From the human T2T-CHM13v2.0 reference genome, Homo sapiens, in NCBI RefSeq assembly GCF_009914755.1, contig NC_060947.1: 64,000 nucleotides of DNA. The stretch is one strand, 5' to 3'. Shown here piece after piece: positions 1-13,948 of this stretch. Position numbers and translations under genes: made by a program. The notes under the pieces are model-generated. The model was not told the origin of the DNA and searched no databases. It saw only the letters and a list, made by a program, of their open reading frames with translations. Each line of letters starts with the position of its first letter. The first letter of the stretch is position 1.

Positions 1-626
1 GGAAAAATATTACAACCAGTATTAATTTAATTTTGATATGTAACTCCACTTTTCATTTTTCTATAGGATTTAACAGATAAATAATTATAATATATGTAAA
101 TGGGTACATAATATACAGAGGTATAATCTGTAACATCAATAATGTAAAGTGGGGAAGGGCAAGGTGGAAAAGGAGTAGAATGCTTGTATGTGACTAAAAT
201 TATGTTGGTATCAGTTTAAAATATATTATTATAACTTTAGAATGCTATACCCATTCCCACAGTAATTCCCATAGTAACCAAAAAGAAAATATCTGTAGGA
301 TACACACAAAAGAAAATCAGAAGTAGATGCAAACTTGTCACTACAGGAAAAAAAAAGCTATCAAAATAGAAAACAATAATGGAGAAAATAAGACACCAAA
401 AGCTATAAGACTCACAGAAAATAAATAATAAAATGGCAAAAAGAAGTCATCTCTTATTAGTAATTACTTTAAACTTAAATGAGTAAACATCCCAATCAAA
501 GACATAGAGTGGCAGAATGAATAAATAAACAGAGTACAACTCTATTGTGTCTTTTGAGAGACTTACTTTAGATCTGAGAACATGCATAGGTTGAAAATAA
601 AAGTATAGCAAAATATTCATATAAAA

Positions 627-2806
627 ACCAGACAAGATAAAGAAATAAAGGGATCCAAATTGGAAAGGAACAAGTGAAATTAATATGGTGTGCAGAAGAT
701 ATGATCATATATTTAGAAAAACCTAATGACTCCTCACAAAAAAACTATTAGAAGTGATAAACAAATTCAATGAGTTGCAGGACACAAAATCAACATACAA
801 GAATCAGTAGCATTTCTATATGCCAACAGTGAAGAATCTACAAAAGAAATAAAAAAGTAATTCTATTGACAATAACCAAACAAAAAAATTAAATACCTAG
901 AAATTAACCAAAGAAATGAAAGACCTCTATAGTGAAAACTATAAAACATTGATGAAAAAATTGAAGAGGACCCCAAAAAATGGAAAAATAGTTCATGTCC
1001 ACAGATTGGAAGAATCAGTGTTGTTAAAATGTCCATATTAGCCAAAGCAATCTACAGATTCAATGCAATTTCTATCAAAATATCAGTTACACTTTTCACA
1101 GAAATAGAAAAAAAATTCTAAAATTTACGTGAAACCACAAAAAAAAAAGAAAAACAGAACAACCAAAGCTATCCTAAGCAAAAATAACGAAACTGGAGGA
1201 ATCATATTACTTGACTTGACATTATACTATAGAGCTATAGTAACCAAAACAGCATGTTACTGGCATAAAAATAGGCACATAGACCAATGCAACAGAATTG
1301 AGAACACAGAAACAAATCCACACACCTACAGAGAGCTGATTTTTGACAAAGGTGCCAAGAATACATTGGAGAAAAGACAGTCTCTTTAATAAATGGTGCC
1401 GGGGAAATTGGAGGTCCATATGCAGAAGGATGAAACTATACCTCTATCTCTCACCATACACAAACTTCAAATCAAAATGAATTAAAGACTTAAATCAGAG
1501 ACCTCAAACTATGAAACTACTACAAGAAAACATTGGGCGAAATCTCCAAAACATTGGTGTGGGGAAAAAGTTTCTTGAGCAATACCTGACAAGCACAGGC
1601 AACTAAAGCAAAAATGGACAAATGAGATCATATCAAGTTGAAAATCTGCACAGCAAAGGATACAACCAACAAAGTGAAGATACAACCCACAGAATGGGAG
1701 AAAATATTTGCAAACTACTTATCTGTCAAGTGATTGATAACCAGAATATATAAGGAGCTCAAACAACTCTATAAGAAAAAATCTAATAATCTGATCAAAA
1801 AATGGACAAAAAATCTGAATAGACATTTCTTGAAAGAAGACATACAAATGTCAAGCAGGCATATGAAGAGATGCTCAACATTATTCATCATCAGGGAAAT
1901 TCAAATCAAAACTACAATAAGACAGCATCTAATCCACGTTAAAATGACTTATATCCAAAAGACAGGCAAAAACAATTGCTGGTGAGGTTGTGGAGAAAAG
2001 AGAACACTTGTACACTGTTGGTGGGAATCTAATTTAGTACAATCACTCTGGAGAACTGGTTGGAGGTTCCTCAGGAAGCAAAAAATAGAGCCACCCCTCA
2101 GCAATCTCACTGCTGAGTATATACCCACCAAAAAGGAAATGAGTATATTGAAGAGATATCTGCACTCCCATGTTTGTTGCAGCACTGTTCACAATAGCCA
2201 TGATTTGGAAGCAACATAAGTGTCCAACAGATGAGTGGATAAAGAAAATGTGGTACTTATACTCAATGGAATACTATTCAGCCATAGAAAAGAATGAAAT
2301 TCTGTCATCTGCATGAATGGAAATGGAGTTCATTATACTAAATGAAATAAGCCAGGCACAGAAAGACAAACATCACAGGGTTTCACTAATCTGTGGGATC
2401 TAACAATTAAAAAAATTGAATTCATGGACATAGAGAGTAGAAGGACGGTTACCAGAGGCTGGGAAGGGTAGTAGGGGGCTGGGAGGGAGTTGGAGATGGT
2501 TAATGGTTATGAAAAAAAGGTAGTTAAAAAGAATGAATGAGATTTAGCATTTGAGAGCACAACAGGATGACTGTAGCCAATAATAGCCTAGTTGTACATT
2601 TTTAAATAACTAAAAGAGAGTAATTGGATTGTTTGTAACACAAAGAAGGGGATGGATACCCCTTTCCCCATGATGTAATTATTTCACATTGCATGCCTGT
2701 ATCAAAACATCTCATATACCCCATATATATATATACATATATATACATATATATACACATATATGTGCACACACCTACTATGTATTAAAAATTAAAAAAT
2801 TATATA
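627..2806 (+). mobile_element. 5'-truncated LINE-1, L1MA1-3-like (ORF2 RT C-terminal part, 3'UTR and A-tail)
   Basis: ORF fragments 1129-1389 and 1734-1985 are L1 ORF2 ([21 protein letters not shown]; EDIQM...RHMKRCST). L1MA-type 3'UTR. Degenerate TSD aaaatattcatata (610-623) / aaaatattttatac (2807-2820). Confidence 0.9.
2723..2772. repeat. (TA)n/(TACA) compound microsatellite inside the L1MA 3' end
   Basis: atatatatatatacatatatatacatatatatacacat read directly. Confidence 0.9.
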
Positions 2807-4055
2807 AAAATATTTTATACAAATAGTTACCAGAAGAGAGCAGGAGTGGCTATAGTAATATAGGATAAAATAGGTTTTCAGATAAAAACTATTATAAGAG
2901 ACAAAGTAAGACATTACATAATGATAAAAGAGTCAATTCACTGAGATATAATGATTATAAACATATACCAATCGAAGATCAGAGCTACTAAAAGTATGAA
3001 ACACACATTGACAGAATCGAAGGGAGAAAGAAACAGTTCTACAATAATCCTAGGAGACTAAAATGCTACTTTCAATTATGAATAGAACAACAGACACAAA
3101 TCAATTATGCAATAGAGAATATGAACAACACTGCAGACCAATTGGACCTAAAACATACACAGAACACTTCATGCAACAAAAGCTGAATGCACATTTTTCT
3201 CAAGTGAACATGGAACATTCTCCAGGATTGACCATGTATAGTTCACAAAACAAGCCTTAATAAATTTAAAAGCTTGAAATTATATAAAGTATCTATTCTG
3301 AAAACAAATAAATGGAAATAGAAAAGAATAACAGAGGGAAAATTGTAAAATTCACAAATATGTGAAAATCAAACAACACAGTCTTAAACAACCAATGGAT
3401 TAAAGGAGAAATCACAAGAGAAATTAGAAAATATCCTGAGACAAATAACAATTTAAACACAACATACGAAAACTAATGGAATACAGTAAAAGGAGGGCTA
3501 AAATGAAAATTTATAACTCTAAATGATTTCTCATTAGAGTTATACACTGAAAAAAATATCAAATCTACAACTCAACTTTACATCTTCAGGAACTAGAAAA
3601 AGAAGAGAAAAATTAACTTGAAAATAGCAGAAGGAAATAATAAAAATCAGAGCAGAGAAAAATAAAACAGAAATAGAGAAAATCAATGAAGTGAAGAATA
3701 GGTTCTTTGGAAAAAATCACCAAAATTGACAAACCTTTTCTAGATTGACTGAAAATGAAAAAAAGAAGACTCAAGTGACTAAAATCAGAAATGAAAGTGG
3801 AGACATCACTATGGATTTTACAGAAATAACAAGAATTATAACAAGTATTATAAATAATTTCATATCAACAAATTAGATAATATAGATGAAATGAGAAAAT
3901 ATCTGGAAACACAAACACACCAAGACCAAATCATGAAAACCTGCCAAAAAAGAAATGCCCAAAACCAGATGGCTTCACTAATGAATTCTGTTAACCATTT
4001 TAAAAAGAATTAACACCAATCCTGCTCAAAACCTTGCAAAAAAATTGAAGAGGAG

Positions 4056-4468
4056 TGTATTAGTCTGCTTGGGGTTTCTATAGAGGAATATCTGAGGCTG
4101 GGTAGTTGATAAAGAAAGAAGGTTTATTTTTGCTCACAGTTCTTCAGACTGTGCAAGAAGCATAGTGCCAGTATTTGTTTCTGGTGAGGACCCCAAGAAG
4201 CTTACAATCACAGTGGAAGAGGAAGGAGGAGCAGACATGACACACGGTGAGAGGAGTAAGAAGGAATGGAGCAGTTGCCAGGCTCTTTAAACAGCTCTCA
4301 TATAAACTAAGAGAATGAGAAATCACTCACTACCACAAGTAGGGCACCAAGCCATCCATGAAGGATCCACTCCCTTTGCAAAAACACCTCGCATCAGGCC
4401 CCACATCCAACATTGGGGATCACATCTCAACATGAGATTTGGAGGGGAAAAACATCTGAACTACATCA
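4056..4468 (-). mobile_element. Solo ERVL-MaLR LTR (MSTB/MSTB1-like)
   Basis: Begins tgtattagtc and ends aactacatca (reverse complement of MST termini); 413 bp; 5-bp TSD aggag/aggaa. Confidence 0.9.
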
Positions 4469-5061
4469 AGGAAGGAAGACTTTTTAACTCATTCTATGCA
4501 GCCAGCCTTACCTGGATAATACATCTATACAATGACACTATAAGAAAAAAACCCCTACGAACTAATATCCCTTATGAGTATGGATTCAAAAATCCTCAAC
4601 AAAATACTGACAAAATGCATCCAAAAGGACATTAATAGAATTATACACCATGACCAAAATGGGCTTATTTTTTGAAGTCAAGGATGTCTCAACATATGAA
4701 AAGAAAACAATATAATATACCACAATAACGGAATGAAGAAAAGATGCCCATATTATCATTTCAATAGGTGCAGAAAACACATTTGATAAAATTCAAGCCC
4801 TTTTCATAATTAAAAAAAAAATACTCAACAAACTAGGAATAGAAGGACACTACTTCAATATAGTAAAGGTCACATGTTAAAAACCCACAGCTAAAGTCAT
4901 GCTCAATGGTCAAAGACTGAAAGCTTTTCTTCTATGATATGTTTTATTAGACATCAATGCCTGCTCTCACCACTTCTGTTCCTTATGATACTGGAAGTCC
5001 TAGCTAGAGCGATTAGACAAGAAGAAAAATAAAAGCCATCCAAATTGGAAAGGAAGAAGTA

Positions 5062-6532
<1,471 letters not shown>

Positions 6533-6603
6533 AGGAGATAATGTGATTTTTATCTGTAGAAAACTCTAGAGATTACAGGGAGAAAAACTGTTAGAACTAA
6601 TAA

Positions 6604-6987
6604 ATGGACTAAATTTTTGTGTCTCCCTCTACCCCCACAATTTATATTTGAGGCCATAACTGCCATTGTGGCTGTATTTGCAGTGGGAAGTAATTAAAGT
6701 TAAATGAGTTCAAAAACTGGGGCCCTGATCTGATAGAATTAGTGTCCTTATAAGAAGAGACACCGGACAGCTCACTATTCAAGCAAATTCACTGAGGAAA
6801 GGCCATGTGATGATATAATGAGAAGGCAGCTGTCTTCAAGCCAGGAAGAGAGACCTCACCAGAAACCAAATCAACTGGAATTTGATCTTGCAATTGGAGC
6901 CTCCAGAACTATGAGAAAAGAAATTTCTGTTATGTAAACCACCCAAACTGCAGCATTTTGTTATGGAAGCCTGAGCTTATTAATACA
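6604..6987 (+). mobile_element. Solo MaLR LTR (MLT1A-like)
   Basis: atggactaaatttttgtgtc...gtccttataagaagaga...gcctccagaactatgagaa...taataca terminus. Confidence 0.85.
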
Positions 6988-7559
6988 AACAAATCCAGCA
7001 CAGTCACAGAATATAAATACAACATGCCAAAATCCATTATGTTTCTATACATTAACAATGAAAAATCTGACAAGGATATAAATAAAACAATTCTATTTAC
7101 AATAGTATCAAAATAAGAAAATATTTGGGGTCAGCTTAAACAATATGCTTAAGAGGTCAATACTACAGAAAATGTGTATGTTCAATACAATTCCTAACAA
7201 AATCCCAATAAACTTGTGTCTAGAAATGGAAAAATCCATCCTAAAATTCCTATGAAATCTCAATAGACATCAAATAGCCAAAATAATCTTGAAAAACAAT
7301 ATAGCTAGAATTTTCACATTATCTGAATTCCAAAGTTATTACAAAGCTACAGTAATTGAATTAGCATGGTGCTGGCATAAAACTAGTCATATCAACTAAT
7401 GGAGTAGAATAGGGAAGATGCGGTTGGCAATAGCTAAACTAGATAATACCTCTGTGAGAAAGGGGGGAAGTTACTGTCTCTGAGAGAAAGGTCTGTTTTA
7501 ACTTTCACTTATCCCCTCACTGGGCACCACTGGAAAACAAAAATTGTCACAACTCTATG

Positions 7560-7722
7560 TGGCAGACTGGGCTGAGTGGAAGATCAAAAGCTTAGATCTC
7601 AGAGAATCAAGGAACCATCTACTTCTGGGTTTCTTGTTATGTAAGACAAATTAAATCCTTAATAATGACCATGTTGGGAGGGTTTTTTTATTCATGGGTA
7701 AGTTCAGTTCTTAACTGATATA
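7560..7722 (+). mobile_element. Possible old MaLR LTR 3' remnant (MLT1J/K-like)
   Basis: acttctgggtttcttgttatgtaagacaaattaaatcc...cttaactgata resembles old MLT1 3' ends; weak match. Confidence 0.4.
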
Positions 7723-7783
7723 ACTATGGAAAGGGTTCTTTGGGGAGGGACATCATTGCCAGAGCAAAAAGAAGTCCAAATAT

Positions 7784-9307
<1,524 letters not shown>

Positions 9308-9780
9308 GGATATGATCAGGTGATTTTTCTATATCCTGCTAATATGGTGAATTACAATGATTATTTCTTGCCAGAGGTATATCAGTTTTACTAGATGTTT
9401 AGGATATCAACTTATGGCCTTGATAAATGTTCCCATTGTAAGTCTGTTTTCAATTGAAATAAGTTCTACTCTCATCTTTACTATTCCAATTCCCTTATTT
9501 TCTTTGGGTTTTATTGGTTTCTAGTTTTCTAACTTTTTGACATGGATACCTAGATCATTGATTTTTAATCTTCTTCCTTTACATTTAATACTATGATTAC
9601 TAAATATTTAATACATGTAATATATTTTATGCTATGCTTTCTTATATATGTATTCGACAACTGTCAAGTATAGCTAAGGTGGTTCACACAACTTTGGCAT
9701 GCCATGTTTTAATTATCATTCAGTTAATTTTTTTTCTAATTTCCACTGTGATTTGACCCATGCATTATTTAAAAGTGTGC

Positions 9781-10955
9781 TCCCAGCAGCAAAGACATAG
9801 AATCAACCTAAATGTCTATCAATGGTAAACTGGGTAAAGCAACTGTGGTACATATATACCATGGAATACTATGCAGCCATAAAAAAGAATGAGATCATGT
9901 CCTTTGCAGAAACATGGATGGCACTGGAGGCATTATCTTACATGAACCAATGCAGAAACAGAAAACCAAATACTGCATGTCCTCACTTAAAAGTGAGAGC
10001 TAAACATTGAGTACACACTCATACAAAGAAGGGAACAAAAGACACCAGGACCAACTCAAGGGTGGAGGGTGGCAGGAGGGTGAGGATAAAAATGAAACCA
10101 CCTTTGCAAAAAATCATAACTGAGAAAATTATCACAGTGAAACAGATCTGACCTAACCAAATTCATCTTGCTTCTAGCCTCCAGGCTGTCCTTGTTCATT
10201 CCTAGGTGTAGGCTGAAGTAATTTTGGGAGGAACTTAGTTTATAGTTTAGCTTTGAAACAAAGATAATAACAGCCCTTTCCCTAAACAAACTCCCTTCCT
10301 GCCTGGAGAATAGACTGCCTTTGCACAACTAACTAGCCACAAGATTAGAAATTATGGTTTAAGAGTCAAACAACTAGAGGCTGCAAAATGTTAAACCACC
10401 TCAAATTGCTCCTGGGTATAACATCACTGCAAAACCTAAGATCAGTGCTTAAGATATTTTACAGACCCCTCATTGGCTGGATCACCTGGCACCACCCAGA
10501 TTGATAAACTGGCTCATTTGATCTCGTGGCCCCCACCCAGGAACTAACTCAGCATAAGAGGACAGCTTCAACTCCCTATGATTTCATCTCCAACCTGACC
10601 AATCAGAACTCCTGACTCACTGGCCCCCTACCCACCAAATTATCCTTAAAAACTCCATTCATGAATTCTCAGGGACATTGATTTGAGTAATAACAAAACT
10701 CTGGCCTCCCCCAACAGCCAGCTCTGTGTGAATTACTCTTTCTCTATTGAAATTCCTTTGTCTTGATAAACTGGCTCTGTCTAGGCAGCAGACAAGGTAA
10801 ACCCATCTGGCAGTTACAAAAATACTACCTATCAGGTACTATCCTTATTACCTGCATGATAAAATAATCTGTACATCAAACCCTGTGACACAGAATTTAC
10901 CTATGTAACAAACCTTCACATATACCTCTGAATATAAAATGAAGGTTAAAAAATT
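9781..10955 (+). mobile_element. Short L1PA13-16-like 3' end, interrupted by LTR8A
   Basis: ORF 9822-10010 ([20 protein letters not shown]); 3'UTR resumes at 10819 and ends ...aaatgaaggttaaaaaa. Confidence 0.85.
10093..10818 (+). mobile_element. Solo ERV1 LTR, LTR8/LTR8A-like (726 bp)
   Basis: Termini tgaaaccacctttgcaaaa...ggcagttaca; 4-bp aaaa TSD; gagtaataacaaaactc poly(A)-signal region. Confidence 0.9.
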
Positions 10956-11133
10956 GTATCATAGTTGAGATTTTTGTTAAGTAGGTTTTAGCTGCTCTTG
11001 TCACAAAAAAAGTAATTATGTGAGATGCTAGATATGTTAATTTACTTCACTACAGTAACCATTCTACTATCTATATGTATCAAATAGCATCATGTTATGT
11101 AAACCTCACATATACACAATAAAATGTATTTTT
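10956..11133 (+). mobile_element. L1MA5-like 3' terminal fragment
   Basis: gtaggttttagctgctcttgtcac...cttcactacagtaaccattctactatctatatgtatc...acacaataaaatgt. Confidence 0.7.
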
Positions 11134-11960
11134 CAATTAGAAATGACAAGAGGGATATTACCACTCACCCACAGAAATACAACCATCAGAGAATACTATG
11201 AACACTTCTATGCACATGAACTAGAAAATCTCAAATAAATAAATAAGTTCCTGGACACATACACCCTTGCAAGACTGAACCAGGAAGAAACTAAATCCCT
11301 AAACAGACCAATAATAAGCACTGAAATTGAATAAGAAATAAATAGCCTACCAATCAAAAAAAGGCCAGGACCAGACATATTCACAGGTGAATTCTATCAG
11401 ATGTGCAAAGAAGAGCTACTACCATTCCTGCTGAAACTATTTCAAAAAAATTGAGGATGAACTCCTCCCTAACTCATTCTATGAGGTCAGCTTCATTCTG
11501 ATACCAAAACCTGGCAGAGATACAACAACAACAAAAACTTGAGACCAATATGTTTGATGAACATCAATGCAAAAATCCTCAACAAAATACTAGCAAACTG
11601 AATCCAGCAACACATCAGAAAGCTTATCCACCACAATCAAGTAGGTTTCATCCCTGGGATGCAAGGTTGGTTCAACACATGCAAATCAGCAAGTGTGATT
11701 CATCACATAAACAAAACTACAGACAAAAACCACATGATTATTTCAATAGATGAAAAAAGGCCTTCAAACAAATTTAACATCCCTTCATGTTCTAGGCCTA
11801 GTACCTAGGTGATGAAATAATCTGTGCAACAAACCCCCATGACCCAAGTTTATCTATGTAACAAACCTGCACATGTACCCCCAACTTAAACGTTTTTTAA
11901 AATTTTTTTAAAAATAAATAAAATGTAGTTGTTTTAAATCCAAAAACAAAAAAATAAAAG
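11134..11960 (+). mobile_element. L1PA11-15-like element: mid-ORF2 joined directly to the last ~110 nt of the 3'UTR and an A-rich tail
   Basis: ORF2 Z/RT-start sequence to ...catcccttcatgtt (11791), then ctaggcctagtacctaggtgatgaaataatctgt...cctgcacatgtacccc. Confidence 0.85.
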
Positions 11961-12028
11961 ACATGTGTTCTATAATTTTCAGGAAGTTTGGGGATTTTCT
12001 ATTTATCTTTTTATTATTGATTTCAAGC

Positions 12029-12555
12029 CATGGCCCTGTAAAGTTTCCTGAAAAATTACTTACAGAAGCCAAATTGACTAGTAAGATAAAAAGCATACAA
12101 ATGTATTCATTGTGCATACACAGGACCTTCAGAATGAAGACCCAACCCAATAATATATACAGAGGTTTGTATAACATCTTAAGATTATAGAAACAATGTG
12201 GGTTCAGAATGTGCCCCACAACAGGCTTTAGTGGCAAGAGAGGTTATAAAAGGGAGAAAGGAAGAGGCTTGGCTAGCAAAGGTGGCCTCGTTGTATAGAT
12301 GAAGCATCCCTTAGAGAGAATAAATGGCATTTTTTTTTTTTTAGACTTTTAAAGTTATCAGACTCTCATTCTTTCCTAGATCTAGGAAAGGAATAGAAAA
12401 CACCTGGCTAGATTAGTGGAGATTTTCTACAAATACAAATTATTCTCCACAAAAGTCAGCTTTGCAAGGCCACTTCTCTTTGCTGGCTCTGCAGCAGCCA
12501 TTTCAAAATATGTCAAAGAAATATATTTTAGGGTAAAATGTTTTAAATTCCTTCA
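12029..12555 (-). mobile_element. Solo MER4-group ERV1 LTR (LTR54/LTR29-like)
   Basis: Reverse complement starts tgaaggaatttaaaacattttaccctaaaatatatttctttgacatattttgaaatggctg; 4-bp TSD aagc (12025-12028 / 12556-12559). Confidence 0.75.
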
Positions 12556-13721
12556 AAGCTAAATAAAATTATGATCAGCGAATTTATTTTGTATGATTTT
12601 AACTCTTCGAATTTGTTGAGACTTGCTTTATGGCCCAACATAGTGTCAATTTTGGTAACAGTTTTATGTACACTTGAAAATAATTATTCTTCAATTTGGG
12701 GGTACAGCGTTCTATACCGATTTGTCAATCTTCAGTTAAAATCTATAATCTCCTTACTGATTTTTTGTAGTCTGCTCTATAAATTACTAAAAGAGGTATT
12801 TTAACATTTTCCACTGTTATTGTGGATTTATCCTTTTTCTTTCTGTAGTGCTATCAATTTTAGCTTTCCTTTCACTATTTCTGTATCGTTATATTTAAGA
12901 TACACTTACATTCAGCAGTATTTAGTCAATTTTTAATGCAGTATAAAAATTTTGTCCAAGTGGGTTATTTAATTCATTTATACTTAATGTAATTACTAAT
13001 GTATTAGTGTTTAAATATACCATATTACTATTTGTACCACCTATTATATGCCTCTTTTTTTCCTTTCTTTACTTATTTTGGATGAATCCAGTGACATTCA
13101 TTATTTCATTTCCCCTTTTCTTATTTTGTTACTTATAAACTTACTTTTTTACTATTCTTAGTCATTATCCTAGATAATACAATGTTTTTTCACTTCTTAG
13201 ATTCTAATACAAATTAGTCTTTTTAAAATTTTCTGTACAACATAAGAACTGCAGAATAGTAAAAGTCCATTGACCTTTTCTTGACTTTTGTCCTTTGTTT
13301 TTGTGTTTTGTGGCTGTATATCTATTTTAAACCTTGCAAGAATTTATTTATTTTTATATAGAAAATTTGAATCTAGATTACCCCTAATATTTATCCTTTA
13401 TGCTGCTCTTGATATAGTGCTGTGTTTTCCTCTGTCATATTTTCCTGCTTCATGAAAGACTCAGTTCAATAATTTTTCAGTAAAACCTGCTGACAATTTT
13501 CTGTGTTTTTTTTAACTGAGAGTGTGTTTATTCATCTTTCACACTTGGAAAAGAGTTGGCAGTGATTTTCTTTTAACATTTTAAGGCACCATTCTATTTT
13601 TTTCTGCTGGCTTTTATTTCTAATAAGTAATCAGCTAGAATACTTTTGTTACACCTTTGAAAGCCCCATGTCTTTTTTTCTTCTAGCTATGTTCTAGATT
13701 TGCTCTTTGATTTCTTTTTAA

Positions 13722-13759
13722 ATATATATACACACACACACATACACACACACACACAC
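13722..13759. repeat. (TA)n(CA)n microsatellite at the L1 tail
   Basis: atatatatacacacacacacatacacacacacacacac read directly. Confidence 0.95.
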
Positions 13760-13948
13760 TTTAAGATCTGGAATACATGTGCAGAATGTGTAGATTTGTT
13801 ACATAGGTATACACGTGCCATGGTGGTTTGCTGCACCCATCAACCTGTCATCTACATTGGGTATTTCTCCTAATGCTACCCCTTCCATAGCCCTCCACCC
13901 CCCAAAAAGCCCCAGTGAGTGACATTCCCCTCCCTGTGTCCTCATTGT

